A stretch of 64,000 bases of DNA from Actinomycetes bacterium (GCA_037134155.1 JBAXMU010000002.1:23848-87847), one strand, 5' to 3'; shown: positions 9,683 to 18,049, counted from the stretch's first letter. Notes: generated from the sequence alone by a model not told the origin. Numbers and translations are program-made.

Positions 9683-10615
9683 ATGGCGATGCGAGTTATT
9701 TTAGATACTGATCCAGGAATCGATGATGCCCTCGCCTTTCTCTTGCTTGGTGCATCCCCTGAAATCTCACTTGAGGCAATCACCGTAACGCACGGCAACA
9801 CCACAGTTGAGAAGTGTCTTGGCAATGCTCTACGCCTCGTTGATTTGGCGGGTTTGCAAGGTGTGCCAGTTGCACGAGGTGCAAGTGCTCCATTGGTGAA
9901 GAGCCTGACTGTGGCGGAAGAGACCCACGGCGATGGCGGACTTGGTTATGCAGTCCTGCCAGAAGCCAAGGGCAAGGAGAGCGAGAAGGGCGCAGTCGAA
10001 ACCATTATTGATCTAGTGCACCAATATCCGCATGAGATCACCATTCTTGCGATCGGACCTCTGACCAATATTGCTCTCGCTATCCATAAAGACCCATCGA
10101 TTATCGGCCTTATCGGTCGTGTGGTCGTGATGGGAGGCGTCGTTCACGCCCCAGGCAATATGACACCAGACTCAGAATTCAACGTCTTCTGCGATCCCGA
10201 GGCCTTCGATATCGTCTTGCGGGCCGGCTTTGATCTCACCATTGTTCCTCTCGATGTCACCTATCAGTGCCTCTTCACTAAATCACACGTAGCTCGACTC
10301 TCGAAGGTAAAGCCAGATGTTGCTAAGTTTATTGAGGACTCAACCCGCTTCTATATGGAGTTCCATGATGAGTATCAAGATATTGATGGGTGCGCTATCA
10401 ACGATCCACTTGCTGCTGCTATCTTGATTCGACCAGACCTTGTGACCTTACGCGATTACTACATGCGCATTGAACTCAAAGGTGAATTCACCAAGGCAAA
10501 GACCTCGGTCGATCACTACAAGGTCCTTGGCAAGGCTGCGAATTGTAAGGTCGCTATGGAAGTTAATGTCGATGGCTTTATGGATTTCTTCATCGAACGA
10601 ATGGAGCAGCTATGA
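9683..10615 (+). CDS. nucleoside hydrolase (IUNH family), paralogue 1
   Basis: MAMRVILDTDPGIDDA aspartate cluster. The start lies 2 nt after the MFS stop. The ORF-track start at 9590 is an extension overlapping the MFS gene. Confidence 0.9.
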   Translation: MAMRVILDTDPGIDDALAFLLLGASPEISLEAITVTHGNTTVEKCLGNALRLVDLAGLQGVPVARGASAPLVKSLTVAEETHGDGGLGYAVLPEAKGKESEKGAVETIIDLVHQYPHEITILAIGPLTNIALAIHKDPSIIGLIGRVVVMGGVVHAPGNMTPDSEFNVFCDPEAFDIVLRAGFDLTIVPLDVTYQCLFTKSHVARLSKVKPDVAKFIEDSTRFYMEFHDEYQDIDGCAINDPLAAAILIRPDLVTLRDYYMRIELKGEFTKAKTSVDHYKVLGKAANCKVAMEVNVDGFMDFFIERMEQL

Positions 10616-11346
10616 CTAAGCAGCACCATATTCAGTTAGAAGCAGGAGATGTTGGTCGATATGTATTGATGCCGGGCGATCCTGGTCGAGTAGAAGTTAT
10701 CGCACGCCATCTCGATAATGCCAAACACATCGCGACAAACCGTGAGTATGTGACCTATACCGGCTTCTTAGATGGCGTGAAAGTCTCGGTTACCTCAACT
10801 GGAATTGGCTGCCCATCAGCAGCAATTGCGCTCGAAGAGTTGGTCCGAGTTGGCGCTGATACCTTTATTCGAGTTGGTACCTCTGGCGCGATCCAACCTG
10901 GTACCAAGAGTGATGAACTTGCGATTATTACCGGGGCGATTAGAGATGAGGGAACCTCTCTTCATTACATGCCAGCCGAGTTTCCGGCAGTGGCCAATCT
11001 TGAGATTGTGCAGGCGCTACGCAGAGCGGCTGCGGCATCCAAGACCCCATTTCGCCTAGGAATAACGCAGTCGAAGGACTCCTTCTACGGCGAAGTAGAG
11101 CCCGAGCGATCTGGCGTGCCAGATCGATTGTTGAAGCGCTGGAAGGCGTGGGAAATAGGCGGCGCTATCTGCTCTGAGATGGAGTCCTCAACGCTCTTTG
11201 TTGTTGCTTCCATACTTGGCGTGAGAGCAGGAGGCATCATGGTGATGTGGGCTGATGGTGACTTTAAAGGTTTGGACTCTCTGATCGAAACTGCGATCGG
11301 TGGAGTACGCGAGTTAATCAAAGGAGATAACAATGGAGACAGCTGA
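10612..11346 (+). CDS. nucleoside phosphorylase (PNP/UDP family 1, uridine-phosphorylase-like), copy A
   Basis: GDPGR, STGIGCPSAAIA, RVGTSG and EMES motifs. ATGA overlap with the upstream gene. Confidence 0.8.
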   Translation: MTKQHHIQLEAGDVGRYVLMPGDPGRVEVIARHLDNAKHIATNREYVTYTGFLDGVKVSVTSTGIGCPSAAIALEELVRVGADTFIRVGTSGAIQPGTKSDELAIITGAIRDEGTSLHYMPAEFPAVANLEIVQALRRAAAASKTPFRLGITQSKDSFYGEVEPERSGVPDRLLKRWKAWEIGGAICSEMESSTLFVVASILGVRAGGIMVMWADGDFKGLDSLIETAIGGVRELIKGDNNGDS

Positions 11347-12091
11347 CGGCAAGCAATATCACGTCAACCTCAAGCGCGGTGATGTTGGTAAGTATGTTCT
11401 GCTCCCAGGCGACCCTGGTCGATGCGAAGCAATTGCAGCGCTCTTCGATAATCCTGTACATGTCACACAGAACCGCGAGTACAACACCTATACCGGAACC
11501 TTAGATGGTGTGAAGGTATCTGTGACTTCAACTGGAATTGGCTGCCCTTCAGCGGCAATCGCGATTGAAGAACTCGTCCTTGTTGGCGCCGATACCTTTA
11601 TTAGAGTTGGCACATCTGGACATATTCAGAAAGATATTAAATCTGGTGAGCTCGCAATCATTAACGCGGCGATCCGTGATGAAGGTACATCACTGCACTA
11701 CATGCCGATTGAATTTCCAGCGATTGCAGATATCGATCTTGTCCTTGCGCTTCAACGCGCTGCCAAGAAGACAGGCGCGAAGTACCGCACCGGAATTACG
11801 CAATCAAAGGATTCGTTCTATGGTCAGCATGAGCCAGAGCGCATGGGCGTTGGGCCAGATCTTCTCAATCGCTGGAAGGCGTGGGAGATTGGTGGAGCGC
11901 TCTGTTCTGAGATGGAGGCGTCAGCTCTCTTTGTGATCGCATCCATGCTTCGCGTTCGCGCAGGTGGCGTGATGATGGTTCATGGCGTTGATCCGATGCC
12001 ACCACTGGATATTCTCTTGCAGACTTCAGTCCAAGCGCTTCGCGAAATTATCGCGGAAGATAAGGCGAATGGCCGAGCTGTAGAACTATAA
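11333..12091 (+). CDS. nucleoside phosphorylase (PNP/UDP family 1), copy B; tandem paralogue
   Basis: Same motifs as copy A, with long identical peptide runs (DGVKVSVTSTGIGCPSAAIA, GADTFIRVGTSG, IRDEGTSLHYMP). Overlaps copy A by 14 nt. Confidence 0.8.
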   Translation: METADGKQYHVNLKRGDVGKYVLLPGDPGRCEAIAALFDNPVHVTQNREYNTYTGTLDGVKVSVTSTGIGCPSAAIAIEELVLVGADTFIRVGTSGHIQKDIKSGELAIINAAIRDEGTSLHYMPIEFPAIADIDLVLALQRAAKKTGAKYRTGITQSKDSFYGQHEPERMGVGPDLLNRWKAWEIGGALCSEMEASALFVIASMLRVRAGGVMMVHGVDPMPPLDILLQTSVQALREIIAEDKANGRAVEL

Positions 12092-12334
12092 GGTCGTAAA
12101 ACCGACCTTACGGTCTGCGGCATTGCCAGCCTCGACATAGGCGATCTTGCCGTGCGGAATAAGGATCTGACGGCCCTTGGTATCAGTGAGTGATAGCGCT
12201 TTACCAGAGTCGAGCGCTTCCTGAACCTTGGCTACGACCTTATCGATCGAATGATCAATCTCGTACATGAGGTCGACGCCAGTGTCAGCGATGCCAATAC
12301 GAAGATCTGTCGTTGTCTTATTCTCTTTAGCCAT
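12086..12334 (-). CDS. DUF3107 family protein (Rv3208A/TB9.4-like)
   Basis: 82 aa with the ...TDTKGRQILIPHGKIAYVE.G pattern. Paired with a TetR gene, as in other actinobacteria. Confidence 0.75.
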   Translation of the reverse strand: MAKENKTTTDLRIGIADTGVDLMYEIDHSIDKVVAKVQEALDSGKALSLTDTKGRQILIPHGKIAYVEAGNAADRKVGFTTL

Positions 12335-12354
12335 AACCTAACCTTAACCTGAAA

Positions 12355-12963
12355 TTACTGACTCTGCTTTGGGAAGCCGCCGATACCGCGCCAGATCTGA
12401 TTTGCTACGAGCTTTACCGCGTTATCACGGTCGATCTTGCCGTCGCGCTCTAACCAGTGACGTGCAGCTGATTGCACATTTCCGATGATTCCTACGGCGA
12501 GCATCATGGATGCCTCTTTCGGAAGACCAGTATCAATGGAGATAACGGCAGAGAACGCTGCAGCACAGTCATAGGTCATACGTGTGAGGCGCTGGCGAAC
12601 CTGAGGTTCGACACTCATATCGCTCTCGAAGAGCAGGCGGAATGCTTCGCCTTCTAAATTAATGAAATCAAAGTAGGCAGCGGTTGTCGCCTGAACGCGC
12701 TCCCAGTTATCAGTGCGCGATGCGACTGACTTCTGAATCTCAAAGACGAGTGAGTCGATGTGGAGATCGAGAACGGCAAGATAGAGATCGAGCTTGGAAG
12801 GGAAGTGTTGGTACAAGACCGGCTTACTTACATTGGCGCGATCAGCGATCTCATCCATCGCCGCCGAGTGGTAACCAGCCTGCGTAAAGACTTCGAGTGC
12901 TGCTGCAAGTAATTGCGCTCTGCGTTCGTCGCGAGGAAGTCTGCCCTTGAGATCTGTGGTCAT
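12355..12963 (-). CDS. TetR/AcrR family transcriptional regulator
   Basis: N-terminal HTH (F...GY...MDEIADRANVSKPVLYQHFPSK). Confidence 0.9.
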   Translation of the reverse strand: MTTDLKGRLPRDERRAQLLAAALEVFTQAGYHSAAMDEIADRANVSKPVLYQHFPSKLDLYLAVLDLHIDSLVFEIQKSVASRTDNWERVQATTAAYFDFINLEGEAFRLLFESDMSVEPQVRQRLTRMTYDCAAAFSAVISIDTGLPKEASMMLAVGIIGNVQSAARHWLERDGKIDRDNAVKLVANQIWRGIGGFPKQSQ

Positions 12964-13008
12964 GGTTGAAGGATAAAGGAAATCGTGGAGAGTTGTTATC
13001 CTCTCCCT

Positions 13009-13878
13009 ATGACGCCTAAAAGCACCAAGAGCCTGCTACTCGTTCACGCCCATCCCGATGATGAGACCATCAACAATGGCGCCACAATGGCGATGTATGC
13101 CGCAGCTGGCTATAACGTCACTTTGGTCACCTGTACCCGTGGTGAAGAGGGCGAGATCCTCGTTCCAGAACTCGCACATTTAGCAGCCGATAAGGAAGAT
13201 GGCTTGGCGCCGATCCGAGAGGTAGAGCTTGCAAACGCGATGGCAGCCCTCGGAGTCACAGACCATCGCTTCTTAGGAGCCCCTGACCACCGTTATCGCG
13301 ATAGCGGAATGATGGGAACGCCACCCAATGATCGCCCTGATGTCTTCTGGCAGGCAGATCTCGATAGCGCAGCGCGCGAACTCGTCCAGATTATTCTCGA
13401 AGTAAAACCACAAGTCCTTGTTACTTATGATGATTTTGGTGGCTATGGCCACCCAGACCATATTCAGGCCCATCGAGTCGCGATGCGCGCAGCAGAGTTG
13501 GTTGAGTCTGAATGGAATATTGAGAAGATCTATTGGAACACAATGCCGCGTTCGGTGATTCAAAAGGGAATTGATGCGATGAAGGCGGCTGGATCAGATT
13601 TCATGGGTGTAGATAACGCAGATGAGCTTCCCTTCGCTAAGCCCGATGATGTTGTAACAACCGCAATTGATGCAAGCACATTCGTTGATCAGAAGATGAA
13701 GGCGATGGCATCTCATCCAACTCAGATCGCACTCGATGGTCCGTTCTTTGCACTCTCTAACAATGTCGGACTCAATGTCTGGGGTTATGAGTACTACACC
13801 TTGGTGAAAGGTGAGAAGTCAGGTGATCTCACTCCAGAAGGTTGGGAGCAGGATCTCTTTGCAGGCATCTCCGAGTAA
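13009..13878 (+). CDS. mshB: LmbE-family deacetylase, MshB-like (GlcNAc-inositol deacetylase)
   Basis: LLLVHAHPDDE zinc motif and HPDH. The ATG at 13009 gives an N-terminus of MshB-like length. An upstream in-frame GTG at 12985 is the alternative start. Confidence 0.7.
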   Translation: MTPKSTKSLLLVHAHPDDETINNGATMAMYAAAGYNVTLVTCTRGEEGEILVPELAHLAADKEDGLAPIREVELANAMAALGVTDHRFLGAPDHRYRDSGMMGTPPNDRPDVFWQADLDSAARELVQIILEVKPQVLVTYDDFGGYGHPDHIQAHRVAMRAAELVESEWNIEKIYWNTMPRSVIQKGIDAMKAAGSDFMGVDNADELPFAKPDDVVTTAIDASTFVDQKMKAMASHPTQIALDGPFFALSNNVGLNVWGYEYYTLVKGEKSGDLTPEGWEQDLFAGISE

Positions 13879-15270
13879 CTAGGCAATAACCTCGTAACTC
13901 TGCCCGGCCGGGCCATCCTTTACTGCGATCTTCAAAATTAAGAGTTCTTCACGTAATGCGTCACTTCGTGCGAAATCTTTCGCTGCGCGAGCTGCTGCTC
14001 GTTCGGTAAGTAATCGGGATTGTTCATCTGTAAGAGAGATCTCGACATCCACCCGATCTAGGTCAAGGGCAAAGACGTTATCCATCGCTCTAAAGATTGC
14101 TGCGCGCACACCTGGTGCAAGTGATTCATCGCGTTCGATCCGACGCAGTTCTACCGCTACTTCAACAGTTGAGAGATCGTTCATCAACATGGCAGTAAGC
14201 GATTCAATAACCGCCACAGCGTCAGGCGATTGAGTACTTGCTCCCCAGTCCTTTAGCTTTTTACGCCAGCGAGTTATGGTCGCATCGGCGGCGGTCAACG
14301 CATCCCAGGTGAGATCGATCTGGCTGCGATAGCGATTCTCAAGGAAGCAGAGACGCAGTGCGAGCGGATCCAAACCTCGAGCTACAAGATCGGAGACAAG
14401 TACAACATTGCCAGCACTCTTCGACATCTTGCGACCTTCAAAGAGGAGGTGCTCACCATGGACCCATTGCGCGACAACTTCATAACCAGCAGCGGCATTG
14501 GATTGTGCACGTTCATTCTCGTGGTGCGGGAAACGTAGATCGATGCCACCAAGGTGAAGATCGACGAAGCCATCTAAGAAGTGCAGTGACATGGCAGAAC
14601 ATTCAATATGCCAACCCGGGAATCCTGCTCCCCACGGCGCATCCCAGATCATCTCGGTTCGGTTTCCGGCTGCTTTCCAGAGCGCCCAATCTGCGTGGAA
14701 GCGTTTGGCGCCTTCATCGGTATATTCGTAGCGATGTCCTGGCTGAAGTGCATCTAACCGATTACCGCTGATCTCGCCGTAACTTGGGAAAGATTGCGCA
14801 GCAAAGTAGACAGAGGAGTCGTCACCAACATACGCGCTGCCTTGTTCAATGAGTTTTGTGATGAGCGCCTGCATCATCTCGATAGATTCACTTGCACGCG
14901 GATAAGCAGCTGCAGGTTGGATACCAAGAAGAGCGAGGTCCTTATGAAAGCGATCTTCATATTCGCGAGCGATTGCATATGGATCAAGCTTGCGCTTTGC
15001 TGACTCGGCGAGCATCTTGTCTTCGTGCAGGTCCTCAGACATATGGCCCACATCAGTAATATTTTGAATGAGGCGACTCTCGTACCCAGCTAATCGAAGT
15101 GTGCGCAGGATCAGGTCAGAGAGCAAGAAGGTTCGGAGATTGCCAACGTGGGCATCGCGATAAACAGTAGGACCACAGCTGTAGATGCGAGCGAAGCGAT
15201 CATTGCTGATCGTTACTGGCATCAGCGTTCTAGCGCGCGTATCAAATAGTGAGAGCGGGGTAGTGATCAT
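13879..15270 (-). CDS. cysS: cysteine--tRNA ligase
   Basis: CGPTVY..AHVGN (HIGH-type motif), KMSKS intact, GWHIECS zinc site, full C-terminal anticodon-binding tail (AARAAKDFARSDALREEL). Confidence 0.8.
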   Translation of the reverse strand: MITTPLSLFDTRARTLMPVTISNDRFARIYSCGPTVYRDAHVGNLRTFLLSDLILRTLRLAGYESRLIQNITDVGHMSEDLHEDKMLAESAKRKLDPYAIAREYEDRFHKDLALLGIQPAAAYPRASESIEMMQALITKLIEQGSAYVGDDSSVYFAAQSFPSYGEISGNRLDALQPGHRYEYTDEGAKRFHADWALWKAAGNRTEMIWDAPWGAGFPGWHIECSAMSLHFLDGFVDLHLGGIDLRFPHHENERAQSNAAAGYEVVAQWVHGEHLLFEGRKMSKSAGNVVLVSDLVARGLDPLALRLCFLENRYRSQIDLTWDALTAADATITRWRKKLKDWGASTQSPDAVAVIESLTAMLMNDLSTVEVAVELRRIERDESLAPGVRAAIFRAMDNVFALDLDRVDVEISLTDEQSRLLTERAAARAAKDFARSDALREELLILKIAVKDGPAGQSYEVIA

Positions 15271-15470
15271 TGCCCGGGCACGATCTTCCAGACGAAGATG
15301 CGATTGGGGTCAAAGGTCACGAGCGATCCATCCTTCTTGCGAATAGTTGTGGGACTCTCAAGTGTGCCAAGCAGGTCCCGAAAGCCACCCTCGGGTTCGA
15401 AGAGGCGGATGCTCGCCCGTTGACCTTGCTCGGGTTCACCGGGCAGATCTGGTGGGGTGCGTCCGCTCAT
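15267..15470 (-). CDS. small hypothetical protein, possible SH3-like beta domain
   Basis: 67 aa with ATG start. Its TGA overlaps the cysS ATG (ATGA), which suggests translational coupling. No assignable family. Confidence 0.4.
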   Translation of the reverse strand: MSGRTPPDLPGEPEQGQRASIRLFEPEGGFRDLLGTLESPTTIRKKDGSLVTFDPNRIFVWKIVPGQ

Positions 15471-15571
15471 GGGGTAATTCTCTACCCTCTGGGCGTTCTT
15501 GGCATAAGATTCACCCCATCAGCGGTACCAATAGAGCTAGACCAGATTAACCGGAGTAAAAGGAGCCCAGC

Positions 15572-15892
15572 GTGACATATGTAATTGCCGAGCCATGCGT
15601 CGATGTGAAAGATAAGTCCTGCATCGAGGAGTGCCCAGTCGATTGCATTTACGAGGGTAACCGCATGCTCTACATCCAGCCTGATGAATGCGTTGACTGC
15701 GGCGCCTGCGAACCGGTCTGCCCAGTCGAAGCGATCTACTACGAAGATGATGTCCCATCACAGTGGAAGCAATTCGGCGCAGTAAACGGTGAGTTCTTCG
15801 TTGAGCTCGGTTCACCTGGCGGAGCAAGCAAGGTCGGCCTCACAAATAGCGACCACCCATCGATCGCCGAGCGTCCAGCAAAAGCTGAGTAA
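15572..15892 (+). CDS. fdxA: 7Fe ferredoxin (FdxA type)
   Basis: GTG start. MTYVIAEPCVDVKDKSCIEECPVDCIY and CVDCGACEPVCP cluster motifs. Confidence 0.9.
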   Translation: MTYVIAEPCVDVKDKSCIEECPVDCIYEGNRMLYIQPDECVDCGACEPVCPVEAIYYEDDVPSQWKQFGAVNGEFFVELGSPGGASKVGLTNSDHPSIAERPAKAE

Positions 15893-15894
15893 CT

Positions 15895-16968
15895 CTGAAA
15901 CTTCCAGATTTTCCTTGGGATGCGCTCGCTCCAATCGGAGCGATAGCGAAATCTCATCCTGAAAGTTTTATCGATCTCTCGCAAGGAACCCCGGTTGATC
16001 CAACTCCTGCATTTATTCAGGAAGAGTTTATTGCTGCTGCGAATTCACCACGTTATCCCGTCACGACCGGAACCGCAGCACTTCGCGATGCGCTGAAGAA
16101 GTGGTCGACAGAACGCCTTGGTATCACCGGTGACTTTGATCTCCTTCCAACCATTGGCTCAAAAGAACTCGTTGCCTGGCTACCCACCTTGTTGGAGTCG
16201 AAGAAGGTGCTCTATCCAGAGATCGCCTATCCAACATATTTAGTCGGTGCGATTATGGCTGGCGCTGATCACCAGAGCGTGCCACTTGATGCCGCCTCTT
16301 GGCCTGCCGCAGATCTTGCCTGGGTCAACTCACCATCAAATCCAACCGGTAGAGTACATAGCGCTGCCGAACTTCGCGCAGTTGTTGATTACTCACGACG
16401 AACTGGCACTGTGATTGCAAGTGATGAGTGCTACTTAAGTTTTCCAGCAAGCGATGTAAAACCAACTTCGATCTTTGAAGTAGCCGATGGCGATAATAGA
16501 AATCTCCTTGCAGTTCACTCACTTTCTAAGCGTTCTAACTTGGCTGGATACCGCGCGGCCTTTGTTGTGGGCGATAGTGCACTCATTGCACGACTTTTGG
16601 AAGTACGTAAACACGCCGGAATGATGGTCCCGCTTCCTGTTCAGCGGGCGATGACAGTTGCACTCGCTGATGAAGAGCATGTAGATCAACAAGCCGCGCG
16701 ATATCGCGCACGCCGAGGTGTACTTCAGGCCGCACTCGAGTCACAAGGTTTCCGGATTGATCACACCGAAGCTGGTCTCTACTTGTGGGCTACCCGCGGT
16801 GAATCTGATTGGGATAGCGTCACCTGGCTTGCCCAATTCGGCATCTTGGCAACCCCTGGCCACTTCTATGGCGAAGCCGGATCCCACCATATCCGCATCG
16901 CCCTCACTGCGACTGATGAAGAGATCGCAACAGCGGCAGATCGCCTCACACGCTCTGCAGGCAAATAA
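15895..16968 (+). CDS. dapC: succinyldiaminopimelate aminotransferase (DapC-type, PLP-dependent); apparent non-canonical CTG start
   Basis: The ORF track begins at TTG 16189. The same frame is open back to the stop at 15886..15888 and encodes the conserved N-terminus LKLPDFPWDALAP...DLSQGTPVDP. SLSKRSNLAGYR carries the PLP lysine. Confidence 0.75.
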   Translation: MKLPDFPWDALAPIGAIAKSHPESFIDLSQGTPVDPTPAFIQEEFIAAANSPRYPVTTGTAALRDALKKWSTERLGITGDFDLLPTIGSKELVAWLPTLLESKKVLYPEIAYPTYLVGAIMAGADHQSVPLDAASWPAADLAWVNSPSNPTGRVHSAAELRAVVDYSRRTGTVIASDECYLSFPASDVKPTSIFEVADGDNRNLLAVHSLSKRSNLAGYRAAFVVGDSALIARLLEVRKHAGMMVPLPVQRAMTVALADEEHVDQQAARYRARRGVLQAALESQGFRIDHTEAGLYLWATRGESDWDSVTWLAQFGILATPGHFYGEAGSHHIRIALTATDEEIATAADRLTRSAGK

Positions 16969-17925
16969 ATGGCTTCTTGTAGATCTGCAATTCTTCTTGT
17001 TGGCGGCATGGGCACCCGCATGCAACCACTTACTTTTTCAACTCCTAAGCCAATGCTGCCATTACTCGGCAAGCCAATCACCGAACATCAAATCTTAAAA
17101 GCAAAAGCTGCTGGCATTACTGAGATCGTTCTAGCAACCTCATACCTGGCAGAAGTCTTTCTTCCATATTTTGGAAACGGTGAGAAATTCGGAATCAATA
17201 TTTCGTACGCCGTCGAAGAGAGTGCGTTAGGCACTGGGGGAGCGATTCGCAATGCCGCCCAGCTTCTCAAAAATGATGGACCAGTTGTGATCTTTAATGG
17301 CGATGTATTAAGCGGCCACTCACTCGATGATCAAATTGCATTTCATGAAAGCAGATCTGCTGATGTGACCTTGTATTTAACGCAAGTGGAAGATGCCAGA
17401 GCCTTCGGAGTCGTTGAAATGTCTGGTGATCGCATCACAACGTTCAATGAGAAGATGGAGAATCCGCCTACTAATGTCATCAATGCTGGGTGCTACATCT
17501 TCAACCGCTCAGTCATCGATGAGATTCCAGCAGCGAAGGTAGTAAGCGTTGAACGAGAGACCTTCCCAGCGTTGATCAATCGCGGTGCGAACGTCATGGG
17601 ATTTATTGATGACGGATACTGGTTAGATATTGGAAACCCAGGAGCGCTCTTGAAGGCGACTCGAGACCTGATCGAAGTGACGGGCTACCCGTTCATGCAG
17701 GCGAAGGGCTCAACGATTGACCCGACGGCTGTGATCGATGGCGGAAGCTATATCGGCCTCGGAGCGAGAGTTGCTGCCGGTGCGAAGATCCACCAATCCG
17801 TGATCGGGGATAGCGCCATCATTGGTGAGAATGTCGACTTAACTCGAGTATTTGTTGCGGCAGGGACGGAAATTGCGGCAAAAACTACTGCAGAAGGTGA
17901 ATTCTTCGGTTATTCGCAGCAATAA
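16969..17925 (+). CDS. NDP-sugar pyrophosphorylase, mannose-1-phosphate guanylyltransferase-like
   Basis: LLVGGMGTRMQPLT..PKPMLP nucleotidyltransferase motif plus a C-terminal left-handed beta-helix repeat. The ATG directly follows the dapC TAA. Confidence 0.8.
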   Translation: MASCRSAILLVGGMGTRMQPLTFSTPKPMLPLLGKPITEHQILKAKAAGITEIVLATSYLAEVFLPYFGNGEKFGINISYAVEESALGTGGAIRNAAQLLKNDGPVVIFNGDVLSGHSLDDQIAFHESRSADVTLYLTQVEDARAFGVVEMSGDRITTFNEKMENPPTNVINAGCYIFNRSVIDEIPAAKVVSVERETFPALINRGANVMGFIDDGYWLDIGNPGALLKATRDLIEVTGYPFMQAKGSTIDPTAVIDGGSYIGLGARVAAGAKIHQSVIGDSAIIGENVDLTRVFVAAGTEIAAKTTAEGEFFGYSQQ

Positions 17926-17958
17926 GGCCTTTTAAGCAAGAAATATGCCTTCTACCGC

Positions 17959-17988
17959 TTGACGCGGAGGGGGTTACACCAATGTAAT
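17959..17988 (+). promoter_or_regulatory. candidate housekeeping-sigma promoter upstream of whiB
   Basis: TTGACG (17959..17964), 18-nt spacer, TGTAAT (17983..17988), about 60 nt upstream of the whiB ATG. Confidence 0.3.
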
Positions 17989-18049
17989 TCTCCCTAGATG
18001 CTCTACTTTCCCACCAAGCGGAGCACCCACAGATCTAGGAGTCGTAGAT

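Noticed and set aside
13879-15270. The HIGH signature reads HVGN and the gene lies tail-to-tail with mshB. I considered an MshC ligase or a degenerate pseudo-synthetase.
   Set aside because: KMSKS and the zinc-site motif are intact. The protein is full CysRS length, with the anticodon-binding C-terminal tail that MshC lacks. The CGPTVY..H.GN / NITDVGH pattern matches a CysRS subclass I recall from other bacteria. It is most simply a genuine cysS.
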